DNA from: Basidiobolus meristosporus CBS 931.73
Taxonomy: Eukaryota > Fungi > Basidiobolomycota
Length of the DNA stretch: 64,000 nt
NCBI GenBank assembly: GCA_002104905.1
Contig: MCFE01000035.1
Span: 62,001-126,000 of the forward strand
Direction: 5' to 3'
Positions 1 through 10,128 of this stretch are shown piece after piece (positions within the stretch are counted from its first letter, which is position 1; each line of letters begins with the position of its first letter). A program made the translations under genes and the position numbers. The notes under the pieces are model-generated. The model was not told the origin of the DNA. It did no database searches and saw only the letters and a program-made list of their open reading frames with translations.

Positions 1-399
1 ACTACAAGGAGCTCTACAAAAAATGATTATGATGATCCCATCATAAGGCCATCACAAAACTAAAGTCTCATGAGTAAGAGGTATTGACTCTGTCAGGATA
101 ATGTGCAAAGCCCTTGAAACATAATCGACTGGATCATCCACTTTTGACCTTCATCTAACACTTGAGATAACAGCTGATGTCTTGTTGGTTATTCTTTGCG
201 GCTATATTGGAATTCAATCAGTTCTGGGCTGATGCCATAGATTGGTGAGAACTGCAGCTTTTTTCTTACACTTACCTCTCTCTGGCTTGGCTGGGCCCTT
301 TCTTCCTTACATTTATATATATTAATGCCAACTCTTTTACTGTGACTTTGACTGAGTGCCTCATGTTTTATATTCTGTTTTCTTCTTGCCAAATGTTGC

Positions 400-935
400 A
401 CTGGTGAACTGGTATTTGCCTGCTGGTCCCTTGCTAGCACTCTCCTAGTAACCTAATGTTTCTTAGCTACTAGCTTGGAGTTATCAGCCCTGCTTATGAC
501 AGGTTCTTTAGAGAGCAGCAAGTTTTTAGCACTGCTAAGTCTTACCAAGTACTTCTTGTAATGTACTTTCTTTTCTCCTTGATGAATGTGGCACTAATGA
601 ATCCATTTATGCCTGCTTGTCCCTTGCAGGCACTCTTCCAACAACCTGACATTTCTTTGCTGCTTGTTTAGAGTATCCAATCCATCTTATGACAGACTTC
701 TAAGAAAGCTGCTGGTTTTTATTACTGTCAAGTCCTTTGCTGCTATTGTCAAAAAGTGCTCATGTATTGAACCACTTTTTTCCTTGATACACAATGCACC
801 GATGCCTCTGTTTTGGCCTGCCTAACCCTTACTGGCACTTTTCTGGCTATCAGACATTTCTTTGCTGCTTGTTTGGAGCTTTCAGACCTGCTAGTGACTA
901 GCTCTTGAGGAAGTTACTGTTTTAGCTATTTCACC
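400..935 (-). repeat. About 3 imperfect tandem units of ~195-205 bp within the CACTA ORF2 3' region
   Basis: ATTTCTTTGCTGCTTGTTT occurs at 651 and 856, with a related unit at ~458. A related sequence occurs at ~35480-35700. Confidence 0.7.
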
Positions 936-1303
936 TGTTACAAGTCTTTGTACAAGAGTTGTAGAGGAATAGGGAGTTTAGCTAGTATTGTATTAACTAA
1001 AACTTGAACTGCTTTTTATTGAGGTTCCAGCAGCACCTTATATACATTTTGCCAGATCAATTGCTGACTAATTGTATTTCCTAATGTAGGTTGTGGCTGA
1101 TGACTCATTTGATTGCATCATCATCACCCAATAAGATCCTACTTAATATATCTATTTCTGTCTGATAAGGGTCTGCTGATTCATTTGCTGACTAATGCTA
1201 CTGATTTGATAGATAATACTGATATACTAATAACCTAAACATATACTATTTGATTTGACTAAAAACTGATCTAACTTAAACATTAATGCGGCAGATCATA
1301 ACA
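936..1303 (-). repeat. 3' LTR of Ty3 element 1
   Basis: 368 bp, reading TGTTATGATC...CTTGTAACA on minus. About 12 differences from the 5470-5837 copy by eye (~97% identity). Preceded on minus by the purine tract GGTAGGGGAGTA (PPT, ~1304-1315). Confidence 0.95.
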
Positions 1304-1310
1304 TACTCCC

Positions 1311-2555
1311 CTACCAAAGTTGAGAGGGTTCTCCTGAATCTCTTTTCTTGTGATACCAGTATCTTGATGGTTCAGTATTATCAGCAAGTCTTGCAAGCTT
1401 GAGTCTGTCCCTATGCACTAAGTCTTCCCAGATATTGCCTTGTTTGTCTACCAGTTGGTAAGTTGCAAATTGACATTCTCTGAAGATCTTGAATGGTCCT
1501 GTCCATTGTGGCTCAAACTTCTTCCAAGTGTTGTTTCTTAGCAATACAAAGTTCCCAACTGTCAATGCTTCTGATGCTATAGTCTTATCAAATCTCTGCT
1601 TCATCTTTTCTGCGCTTTGAGATACTTTGGTCTGTGCCTCTTGACATCTTTGTTTCAGTTGTTGGTGTCTACTTGGCTGACTGAGTTCATCTTCTAAGGT
1701 GTCTGTAAGTTTTGGTTGTGTGAGATCTCCTGGAATCCTTGGTTCACATCCATAAACTAAGTAAAATGGTGATTGCTGGGTGGTGTTGTGTACTTTGACT
1801 CTGCATGCAAAGAGTGCTTGGTCTATATACTCATCCCATCTACTGATAACTCCATTTCCATACTTGGTCAGCATTTTTCCAAATAATCCATTAAACCTCT
1901 CAGTGACTCCATTAGTTCTGGGGTGATATGCCAAGGTTTTCAAGTGTCTGATCTGCTGCATATCCAGGTAAGCCTCTAATGTCTTTGCCATAAAGTTTGC
2001 ACCTCTATTGGATACAATCTCTACAGGGCATCCAAACTTCATCAGGATCTCATGGTAAATGAAACTTGCAACTTCTTGTGCACTGGCTATTGGTACAGCT
2101 TTAGCAACAGGCCATTTAGTGGCATGGTCAATTGCTACTAGGATCCAACAGTTGCATTTCCTGGTAGTTGGCAGTCTTCCAATAAAGTCAATTCCCCATC
2201 TCTCAAATGGTCTTACAGGCTCCAAAGGGAAGAGTTTGGCAATTCTTTCTGGCTGGCCTTGATTGATTTGGCAGTTTGGGCATGTTTTCACTGGCTTCTC
2301 AGTATCTTGTTTCATTCTGGGCCACCATGCTCTGGCTTTCACAAGGCTATAGGTTCCTTCAATCCCAAGATTTCCGTATCCATTATGTAGCTTATGTATT
2401 AAATCCAGGCAAGCAACATAAGGACAATAAGCAATAGGGCTTCCTTCAATAACTTGGTAGAGTGTTTCATCCTGTACTACAAATTTGCTGGCTTCATCAC
2501 GGATTATCTTCTTGATATCTTCATCCACCTCATTAGGAATGGCTTGGTCCTCCAA
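1311..2555 (-). CDS. Ty3/Gypsy integrase (open segment of a disrupted gag-pol)
   Basis: HHCC-like zinc motif (H..YGN...CPNC), RPFERWGIDF, AIDHATKW, YHPRTNGVTER and a GPF module (WTGPFKI). No chromodomain follows. Confidence 0.92.
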   Translation of the reverse strand: MEDQAIPNEVDEDIKKIIRDEASKFVVQDETLYQVIEGSPIAYCPYVACLDLIHKLHNGYGNLGIEGTYSLVKARAWWPRMKQDTEKPVKTCPNCQINQGQPERIAKLFPLEPVRPFERWGIDFIGRLPTTRKCNCWILVAIDHATKWPVAKAVPIASAQEVASFIYHEILMKFGCPVEIVSNRGANFMAKTLEAYLDMQQIRHLKTLAYHPRTNGVTERFNGLFGKMLTKYGNGVISRWDEYIDQALFACRVKVHNTTQQSPFYLVYGCEPRIPGDLTQPKLTDTLEDELSQPSRHQQLKQRCQEAQTKVSQSAEKMKQRFDKTIASEALTVGNFVLLRNNTWKKFEPQWTGPFKIFRECQFATYQLVDKQGNIWEDLVHRDRLKLARLADNTEPSRYWYHKKRDSGEPSQLW

Positions 2556-5405
2556 GTACTTTGGTAATAGGCTAGGCCAATCTGATTAATGCACCAAGTT
2601 GAGTTGTGCAACTTGATCTAATCTTGATAAGGCATCAGCAACCGTGTTGTTTTTTCCAGGGCAGTAGACAATCTCCAGGTCCAATTGCTGAATGTATTCA
2701 TTCCATCTTGTTAATCTTCTAGAGAGTACCTTCTGACTGAATATATACTCTAGGGAGGCATGATCAGTCTTCACAGTGCATTTGACTCCTTTAATATAGC
2801 ATCTCCTTCTCATGGACTGGATAGTTTTGTTCTGTTGAGTTCAGTTTCTTGGATTCAAAGGCAACAGGGTAGTCCTTTCCCTCATGTTCTTGGCTAAGCA
2901 CTCCACCAATTACATAATCTGAAGCATCTGTGCACAGAGTGAACTCTTTTCTGAAATCTGGTATTCTTAAGCTTGGCAGCTTAGCAAGTTCATTCTTGAG
3001 CATCTGGAAGGCAGTCTCACAAGCTATGTCCCACTTTTAGGCATTGTCTTTCTTGAGGATATCAGTTAAAGGGGCTGCAATACTTGCAAAAGACTTGACA
3101 AATCTCCGATAATAGGACAGCATTCCAAGGAATGATCTGAGTTCTGATATGCTATGGGGCTGTTTCAGATTCTTGATTACTTCCACCTTCTTGGGGTCAA
3201 AGGTTACTCCTGTGCTAGTCACTATGTGTCCCAGATTTTCTACATGTTCCTTGAAGAATTCACACTTGGGTAGCTTGCCATAAAGCTTGTTCTCTCTTAG
3301 CTTCTTCAAGACCTTTTCAATGTGCACCAAGTGATCCTCTTCTGTCTTGCTGTATATCAGTATATCATCTAGGTAGATTATGACAAACTTGTCTAAGTAC
3401 TCCTGGAAGACAGTCTGCATCAGGGTCATGAAAGTTACAGGGGCATTGGTGAGGCCAAAACTCACGACTAAGTACTTTCAATGTCCATATCTGGTCCTGA
3501 ATGCTGTCTTAGGGATGTCTTCTGGCTTCACCCTAATCTGGTTGTATCCTGACATGAGGTCAATCTTGCTGAAAATAGTGGCTCCATTAAGTTGGTCCAT
3601 AAGCTCATCAATCTAAGGTATGGGGTACTTATTCTTGATGGTAACTGAGTTCAGGGCTCTGTAGTCAATGCACATCCTAGATGTTCCATCCTTCTTTTTC
3701 ACAAAAAGCGCTGGTGCTCCCCAGGGTGACTTGCTGGGCCTGATGTATCCTTGCTCCAATAGCTGATCAATTTGTCTCTTCATTTCCTCCAATTCCAATG
3801 GACTCATTCTGTAAGGTGTCTTGCTTACTTGAGGGCTATCTCCTGTGTCAATGGCATGATCCACGTCTCTGACTGGTGATAGGCTTACAAGTTCATCTGG
3901 AAACACGTCCAAATATTTCTTCAAGAGAGTCTGGACCTGCTGGGGTGCTGGGATAGTGGAATCCTCCTGTAATAGAGCCATGAGGAACATCTGAGTACCT
4001 TATCTAAGTGCTTTACAGAACTGGGTCTTGCTAAGTTCACTTGTCTGACACATACTGGAATTGGCCAAGTTGAAATCCAGCCTGGCAGGTAATAGCTCAT
4101 AGGTCTTGTTGTCTTTTTGGATCTGAGTAGCATGGGTTCACCAATTGATTGATGGACTACAACAAAATAGTCAGGTTTTTCCAAGTACAAGATCAAACTT
4201 GCAGTTCCCAAATATGTAAGCCTGTAGGTCTTCTTCATAGTCATTGATCTTCATTCTTACTGGCTGGGTAATACGGTTGATTATGTGAGAGTTCCCATCA
4301 GCTGTGGAGACTGAAGTTGATTTGGTAGGTTCTGAGTTGATTCAAGCTTTCAAGGCAAATTGCTCTGACATGTACTCAAGCAATGCTCCTGAGTCAATCA
4401 TGATCCTGGCAGGTACTCCATTGATTACTCCATTCAGGTACAATAACCTCCCTGAGTTTGAGGTCATTTGGGACAAGTACTCTTCTGTCATATGAAAGGT
4501 GAGTTCCAAGTCTTCTTCAAGCTCATCTTCCACATTACTGTGTTCATGGGACTCAATATGGTTGAAGGTTCTTGTTGGCTGGTGTTCATTTTGTCTCTGA
4601 GGGCAGTACTTTGCAATATGTCCCTGCTGGTGGCAATTGAAGCAAAGTCCTTTCTTCTTACATTCTTCTGAGGCAGGATTCTTCTGCATAGCGTCTATTT
4701 CCATTGGTACTGCTTCTGATTGTCTTCTTTCATAATGATTGTAGTCTTTCTGATTAGTCACTGTAGGCTTCCCAACTCCAAACATAGCTGAGTCATAGTC
4801 AATGGCAATCTTGATGGCTTCTTTGATAGTCTGAAGTCTTTGGTAATTCACTTCCTTACAAGTTCTTTCTTTCAACCCATCAATAAAGTATTTGGCTTGA
4901 TCCAAGGGGTCCATTCTTTCAATTTGTCCAAGTAGACATCTGTACTCATAGATGTTTTCTTGCACCATTCCTTTCTGTCTGAGTGTCTTTAACTTCCTTG
5001 TTAGTAGTGTCTGCTGGTGTGGAGGTTCAAAAGCATCCTGAATTCCAACACAAACTCATCCCAGGCAGAGATTGTAGAGCATCCCATCATAGTGGCTGAC
5101 CTGATCTTGTTGTGGTACCACTGTAAAGCTGCATCTGCCAGGTAAGAAGCTGCATAATGCAACTTGCTTTCTGGAACAATTCCTTTAGCTTTAAAAGCTT
5201 CTTCAATCTGAAAGAGCCAAGTTCCCAGGTTTTCATTGACTCTGCCATGGTACCGGTTGACCTTCACACTAAAGTTGCTCTTAACATGGCTTTGCTGGTT
5301 CTGAGCCATAGTAGTCATTCCTTGTTGCGGTTGGCTGAGGATCTGGAGTAACTGTTGCTGTTGGGCCAGGATTTGCTGCATGGCATTCTTTCATTCTTGA
5401 TTGTC
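2556..5405 (-). pseudogene. Disrupted gag-protease-RT-RNase H of Ty3 element 1
   Basis: ORF pieces 5001-5381, 4342-4968, 3613-3990, 3037-3465, 2791-3003 and 2586-2813 are separated by in-frame stops (e.g. YPIP*IDELM, FALKA*) and frameshifts. Confidence 0.93.
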
Positions 5406-5457
5406 CAACATCTTGAGGGTGGTTTCTTCTTTCTTCCGGAGGGAGGCTTCTGGTTAT

Positions 5458-5469
5458 TGCTGCTACCAA
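5458..5469 (-). promoter_or_regulatory. Primer-binding site TGGTAGCAG of Ty3 element 1, probably tRNA-iMet
   Basis: Lies 1 nt after the 5' LTR on minus. Complementary to a ...CUGCUACCA-3' tRNA end as found in many eukaryotic initiator tRNAs (9-nt match only). Confidence 0.6.
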
Positions 5470-5837
5470 TGTTACAAGTCTTGGTATAAGAGTTGTAGAG
5501 GAATAGGGAGTTTAGCTGGTATTGTATTCACTAAAACTTGAACTGCTTTTTATTGAGGTTCCAGCAGCACCTTATATACATTTTGCCAGATCAATTGCTG
5601 ACTAATTGTATTTACTAATGTAGGTTGTGGCTGATGACTCATTTGATTGCATCATCATCACCCAATAAGATCCTACTTAATATATCTATTTCTGTCTGAT
5701 AAGGATCTGCTGATTCATTTGCTGACTAATGCTACTGATTTGATAGATAATACCAGTATACTAATAACCTAAACATATACTAATTGATTTGACTAAAAAC
5801 TGATCTAACTTAAACATTCAAGCGGCAGATCATAACA
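5470..5837 (-). repeat. 5' LTR of Ty3 element 1
   Basis: Direct repeat of 936-1303. Confidence 0.95.
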
Positions 5838-8139
5838 AACCCTTGTTCTTCTGCCTATGACTTAGCTTATCAATGCTGGCCCAAGATTTGCTTGCTTAAT
5901 GGAACAGGTTAGTACATTCTGCTGGGCCTCAAGCTGCTGATGTTCCAATAAAATGCCAGCCTGAGGGTGATGCCATGCTAGACTTTTAAGATCCTCTTGA
6001 ATGGCAGTCTACTCTTCATCATTGCACTCAATGGCCTTATGGATGCTCAATATCTTTTGATTTTTAGTCAGGGGTATAAATGCAACTGTCTCTTGCTCCC
6101 ATGATGTGGTGGGTTTTTCTGTGATCTTAATCTTTGGGCAATGTTGCTGTACTTCAATTACTGTTTAGTGTTCCTCTGCTGTTACATTGGGAAATGACAC
6201 AATTCTTGGCCATGACATTGAGCTACTTGAGTTCCTTCTTTGCAGCAAAGATATCATGTTCACCACCTGTGATGTGGATTGTGCAACACATATTATTTAT
6301 TCTTCCTGTTTGAGGACTGTTTTCTGATTTTCTGGGCCATTGCATCTAGCCTTTCAACCACTGTACCTTATTACCTCATTACTGCTTTGGTATTGGTTGA
6401 AAATATACTTACTATACAGGTGATGGTGATGCTATGTTAGCCACTGCTGGTATTGAACCAAAGGTACTGAATTTGCTACATTCTCATCTGCCTGAGTATT
6501 ATGGTAGCTTGCATCTTTGCAGAGATTCTCAATTGCCTACTTGATGGAGAGCCTGAGGAGTCTGCATGCTTACCTTCAGTGGGCACACTGTCAACAAGGT
6601 CTTTTTTGGATGCAGCCCTGGTTGTTGCACTGAATGTCAAAGCAAGCTGTTGTCCAACAGTTATTCTGTTATGGTCAACAGTGGACTTTAGAAGGGAACC
6701 AGACAACTTTGCTTTATGATTTGGCTGCGTATATATGGAAGTGAGTTAAGCCAAAGGTGAAATAATATTATATATACATGCTTATGTGGTGCTAAAGCTT
6801 TACTTAAAATGTATACGTCAGTGCCTTCAGTATCTTGTAAGCCGCTTGGTACTTCCATCACAGCACCTAGTCATGCCTGTCACCTTGAGTAAACTGAGTC
6901 AGGTGAGTTTAGGGTGCCTTTGGGCTTACTGCAGTTATTTCAACATGACATTTAGAGTGATAGCTCTGAAGAAGAAAGCTCACTATTGGATTGTGAGCCT
7001 ATCTCACCTACCAGCAGGAACCTGGATGAGCCCAGCAAAATCTATGTATGCAATGATACAACACCTGTAGAAAAATTTGCTAAGAATACTTTATAAAGGC
7101 ATGTGAGCCCAGTGATTCATATACTGGTGAGTGATGTGATATGGTAGGTAAAGAAGTGGTGTGTTTCCAAAACATCAATGATGGGGACTTGGAGGATTTG
7201 CTGCCACTTCTTGCCAAATCATTCCAGGATGCAACTTACCTTGCAAGTGGTACATATGAACAACCATTATGTGGCTGGTGCTATATAGCCTAGGCACTGT
7301 GCTGATACCAGCATTTGCCAACAGTTGCAAGGCATTCACATCAGAGAGTGCTACCAATGCAAGGTGTGCAACTTGTCTAGAACTCACTACCATTGGAGAA
7401 AGACATCATTCACATTGTGGATATATTCCAGTAAAACCCTGTCTAATGAGGCTCTTGCAGCTCAACAGATATTGTGATGCTTAAAAGTACTGCACTCAGT
7501 AACAATCATGCACAAGCATTTCCAATATATCTGATAACAAGAATTAGAATCAACAAGAAGCAATGTATACATTAAAGACATGTATGACTATGCCTTTGCC
7601 TGTGCATTTAATGGATTCTAATTAGACAAGTACTCTATCAGCAAGTTCTGCTGGCCACTGAGTTGCATCAAGCTTAATCAGCTGCCTATCTAACAGAATC
7701 AGAGCAGAAATCTGATGGGAGTCACACTAATATTTGAGCTTGATCCACCATCCAACCTGGACAGCTATCTGTACTCATTGCTGAATGAGTTTTATATGCT
7801 ATCCAGCAGGATACCACTAAATGGCGGTCATATCATAGCCCATACTAGTATCTCCATTAGAAATGTCCTAGCCATCAGCAGGTTAACCAGCTTTTCTGGG
7901 CACATTTGATGGCAAAACCATCAAATGTGTAAAATCTAGGGTATTTACCCCTTGACCCACACACAATATTATTATCCAAGTACAAACACTACAAACATTG
8001 TTTTCCCACTGAAAGAACATACAGAAATCAGCATGAAGTTGCGGCAAAGCTGACAAGCTATAAGCCATTGGCTAAAATATAGAATTGAATATGAGAATGG
8101 TGGGTATCTGTACATTACTTGAGTTGCAACTCACTGCTT

Positions 8140-8720
8140 GAATATTTAAGTTAGATCAGTTTTGAGTCATACCAATTAGTGTTATGCATAACCTATCAGC
8201 AGAATTAGTCAGCAGATAAATCATTGTATCCTTATCAGAAAGGAATTGATATCCAGGATACCCACTCCTCACTCTCATGAGCAAAAGTATTTTCTATATT
8301 GGACCTTAAGGATGCATTTCACCCATTCCAGATCCATCCCACTCACCTGCATAAGACTGCCTTTGCTTGGAATTATATGCAATGGAAGCTTCAGGAAACT
8401 CCCTTTAGCCTAAAGACATAGACAATCAAGTTCCAGAGACCTATGGCAATCATAACTAAGAACACACTCTATGCTTTAGTATTGGCAGATGATGTCATCA
8501 TATTTTCCATAAACTTTGATGACCAAGAAACTCATGTTATTGGTATAGTCAACAGTTTCACACCTGCAGAACTTACTCACAGTGCTCAAAAGCTTTGTCT
8601 TGCTTGCCTTAAAATCAATCTGCTTGGATTTATAGTTGCACCAGCTGGCCACCAACTAGACCCTTTCAAACCCATCAATAATTTTGAATGACATAGACCC
8701 ACTAGTGCTAAGCAGCCTTG
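8140..8720 (+). pseudogene. Ty3-family LTR fragment (~8140-8240) followed by a degenerate reverse-transcriptase fragment of a different lineage
   Basis: AKVFSILDLKDAFHP...KTAFAW...PFSLK...FQRPM...LVLADDVIIFS...INLLGFIV...LDP follows RT motif order, but has ADD rather than YLDD. Confidence 0.7.
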
Positions 8721-9552
8721 GCACTTACTTATTTAACTTATCAGAAAAGTATAAATAAAACTTACTGAACCTTTTTGTTTGGTGTGTGTCTTGACAAATT
8801 AGGTTGTGTCTCTGCAAAAAAGAGCTCAATAGTTTCTCTCTAGTTTCCATCAAAGCCTAGCATACCTAGTACTCCTAAGTACACAACCCCTAGCCAATAT
8901 AGCAAACACACAATATTATGAAAAATAACGTGGTCCTGCAAGTGGATTCAGTGTGGATAAGCCATCAGGATCCCACAATATGTATGCTTTAATGCCTGCA
9001 GTTTGGAATTAGTGACACTCTATATGATCTTATAACTGGATTCTACTGGCATTTTGGTGATTTTACTGCTAAATATAGTAAAATACTTGATGACATTGCA
9101 GCAGTCTTCTGACAAGAATTGCATGGCATCTCAATGGTCTTAATGCACTCTTCATATATTTGAGCAGAGCTAGCCAGCCAATCATTGAATTACCTGATAT
9201 AGCAAGAAATTTGATGATATTCTGATGGCTGTATTGCTAATCTCTGCTAGCATTGTTACAACAGTATGGCAGCCTACAATTAGTTTTGTGTAATGCTCAC
9301 CTACCATTTACCATATGGTATTTTTGAATTCTACCTTCTCAAGTGTAATTCATATATTCTGTTATAGAATCTCCTATCTTTATTTGCTTATCTAATACTA
9401 CCTTATGTAGTCCACATATAGCTTGAATCAAAAAAATTGTGGCCTCCTGCTCACCAACCTCTACATATGTGCACCTGCACTGTAATTGAAACACTTCAAT
9501 AACCTCAACTTTATAGTATAATAGGGTGATGCTTGCAAAGTTGCCATATAAT
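8720..9552. repeat. Unclassified dispersed repeat (related segments at ~24100-24200 and ~29750-30720)
   Basis: Shared strings, e.g. TCAGAAAAGTATAAATAAA..TTACTGAACC at 8741 and 30422, and TTGCAAAGTTGCCATATA at 9532 and 29989. Confidence 0.7.
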
Positions 9553-10128
9553 TGTTGCAATTTAAGAAGCAATTTGGATAAAAGAAACTTATCAAGAAAT
9601 AGTGATAATAGTGCACTGTTGTTTATTCATAAAGAGGGTCAGTATTTATACCTTTATAAAGAAATACAGCTGTAACACCAAGTAAGGGGTGTTTCTCAGC
9701 ATTCAGGAGCATTCTATAGCAGCTCAAAGTAAGTACATAACGCTTGGTAAACAGTGTTAATATGATCTTAACCATAGGGAACTAATCATAGGATTTTAGA
9801 TCTGAAGAAACTGACAAAGTTAGGGCTGCAAGTTTGTCCTACAGTAACCAAAACTAGTCTAGAATTGTTGTGTAAATTTTTAGATGCTGAATGATGCCCA
9901 CTAGTCCAATATTTCAACACTCCTCCTCATCTTAATACTTTCTAAATTCTAATTCCTCTCCAAGATTCTGAAATTATGGTCTAGCCAGTGGTTTTGTCAG
10001 TACATCTGCCACCATTTTGTCAGTTGGACAGTAAACTGACTCTACTAATTTTGTTTCTTCAGCTTCCCTTGCATAGTGGTGTTGTATATCTAAATGCCCA
10101 GCTCTGGTTCTTGCCATATTCATAGAAA
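9553..10128 (-). mobile_element. Ty1/Copia 3' end: RNase H C-terminus, PPT and a probable 367-bp LTR (9553-9919)
   Basis: Minus strand reads HLDIQHHYARE...VYCPTDKMVADVLTKPL, then the purine tract GATGAGGAGGAG, then TGTTG...CAACA. Confidence 0.8.

Larger units (their letters stand above)
936..5837 (-). mobile_element. Full-length, non-functional Ty3/Gypsy LTR retrotransposon (element 1)
   Basis: Two 368-bp LTRs with TG...CA ends, PBS and PPT. Gag has the CFNCHQQGHIAKYC zinc knuckle, followed by protease (MIDSG), RT (YLDD), RNase H (CTDASD) and integrase in Ty3 order. Flanks CACC/AACC are a 4-bp TSD with one mismatch. Confidence 0.97.
1..8080. mobile_element. Decayed CACTA/CMC-like DNA transposon, copy 1: ORF2 on minus (about 6760 to 1, split by the nested Ty3 at 936-5837) and transposase on plus (about 6780-8080)
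   Basis: Plus strand 7715-7930 reads MGVTLIFELDPPSNLDSYLYSLLNEFYML...AISRLTSFSGHI*WQNHQMC, matching the Transposase_21/Tnp2 pattern (GPxxP.NLDSYLxPLxxE...GH..CxxC). Minus 6000-6760 is homologous to the MPPKNKAT ORF at 23497. The sequences either side of the Ty3 join to match the uninterrupted copy at ~31670-31720. Confidence 0.7.
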
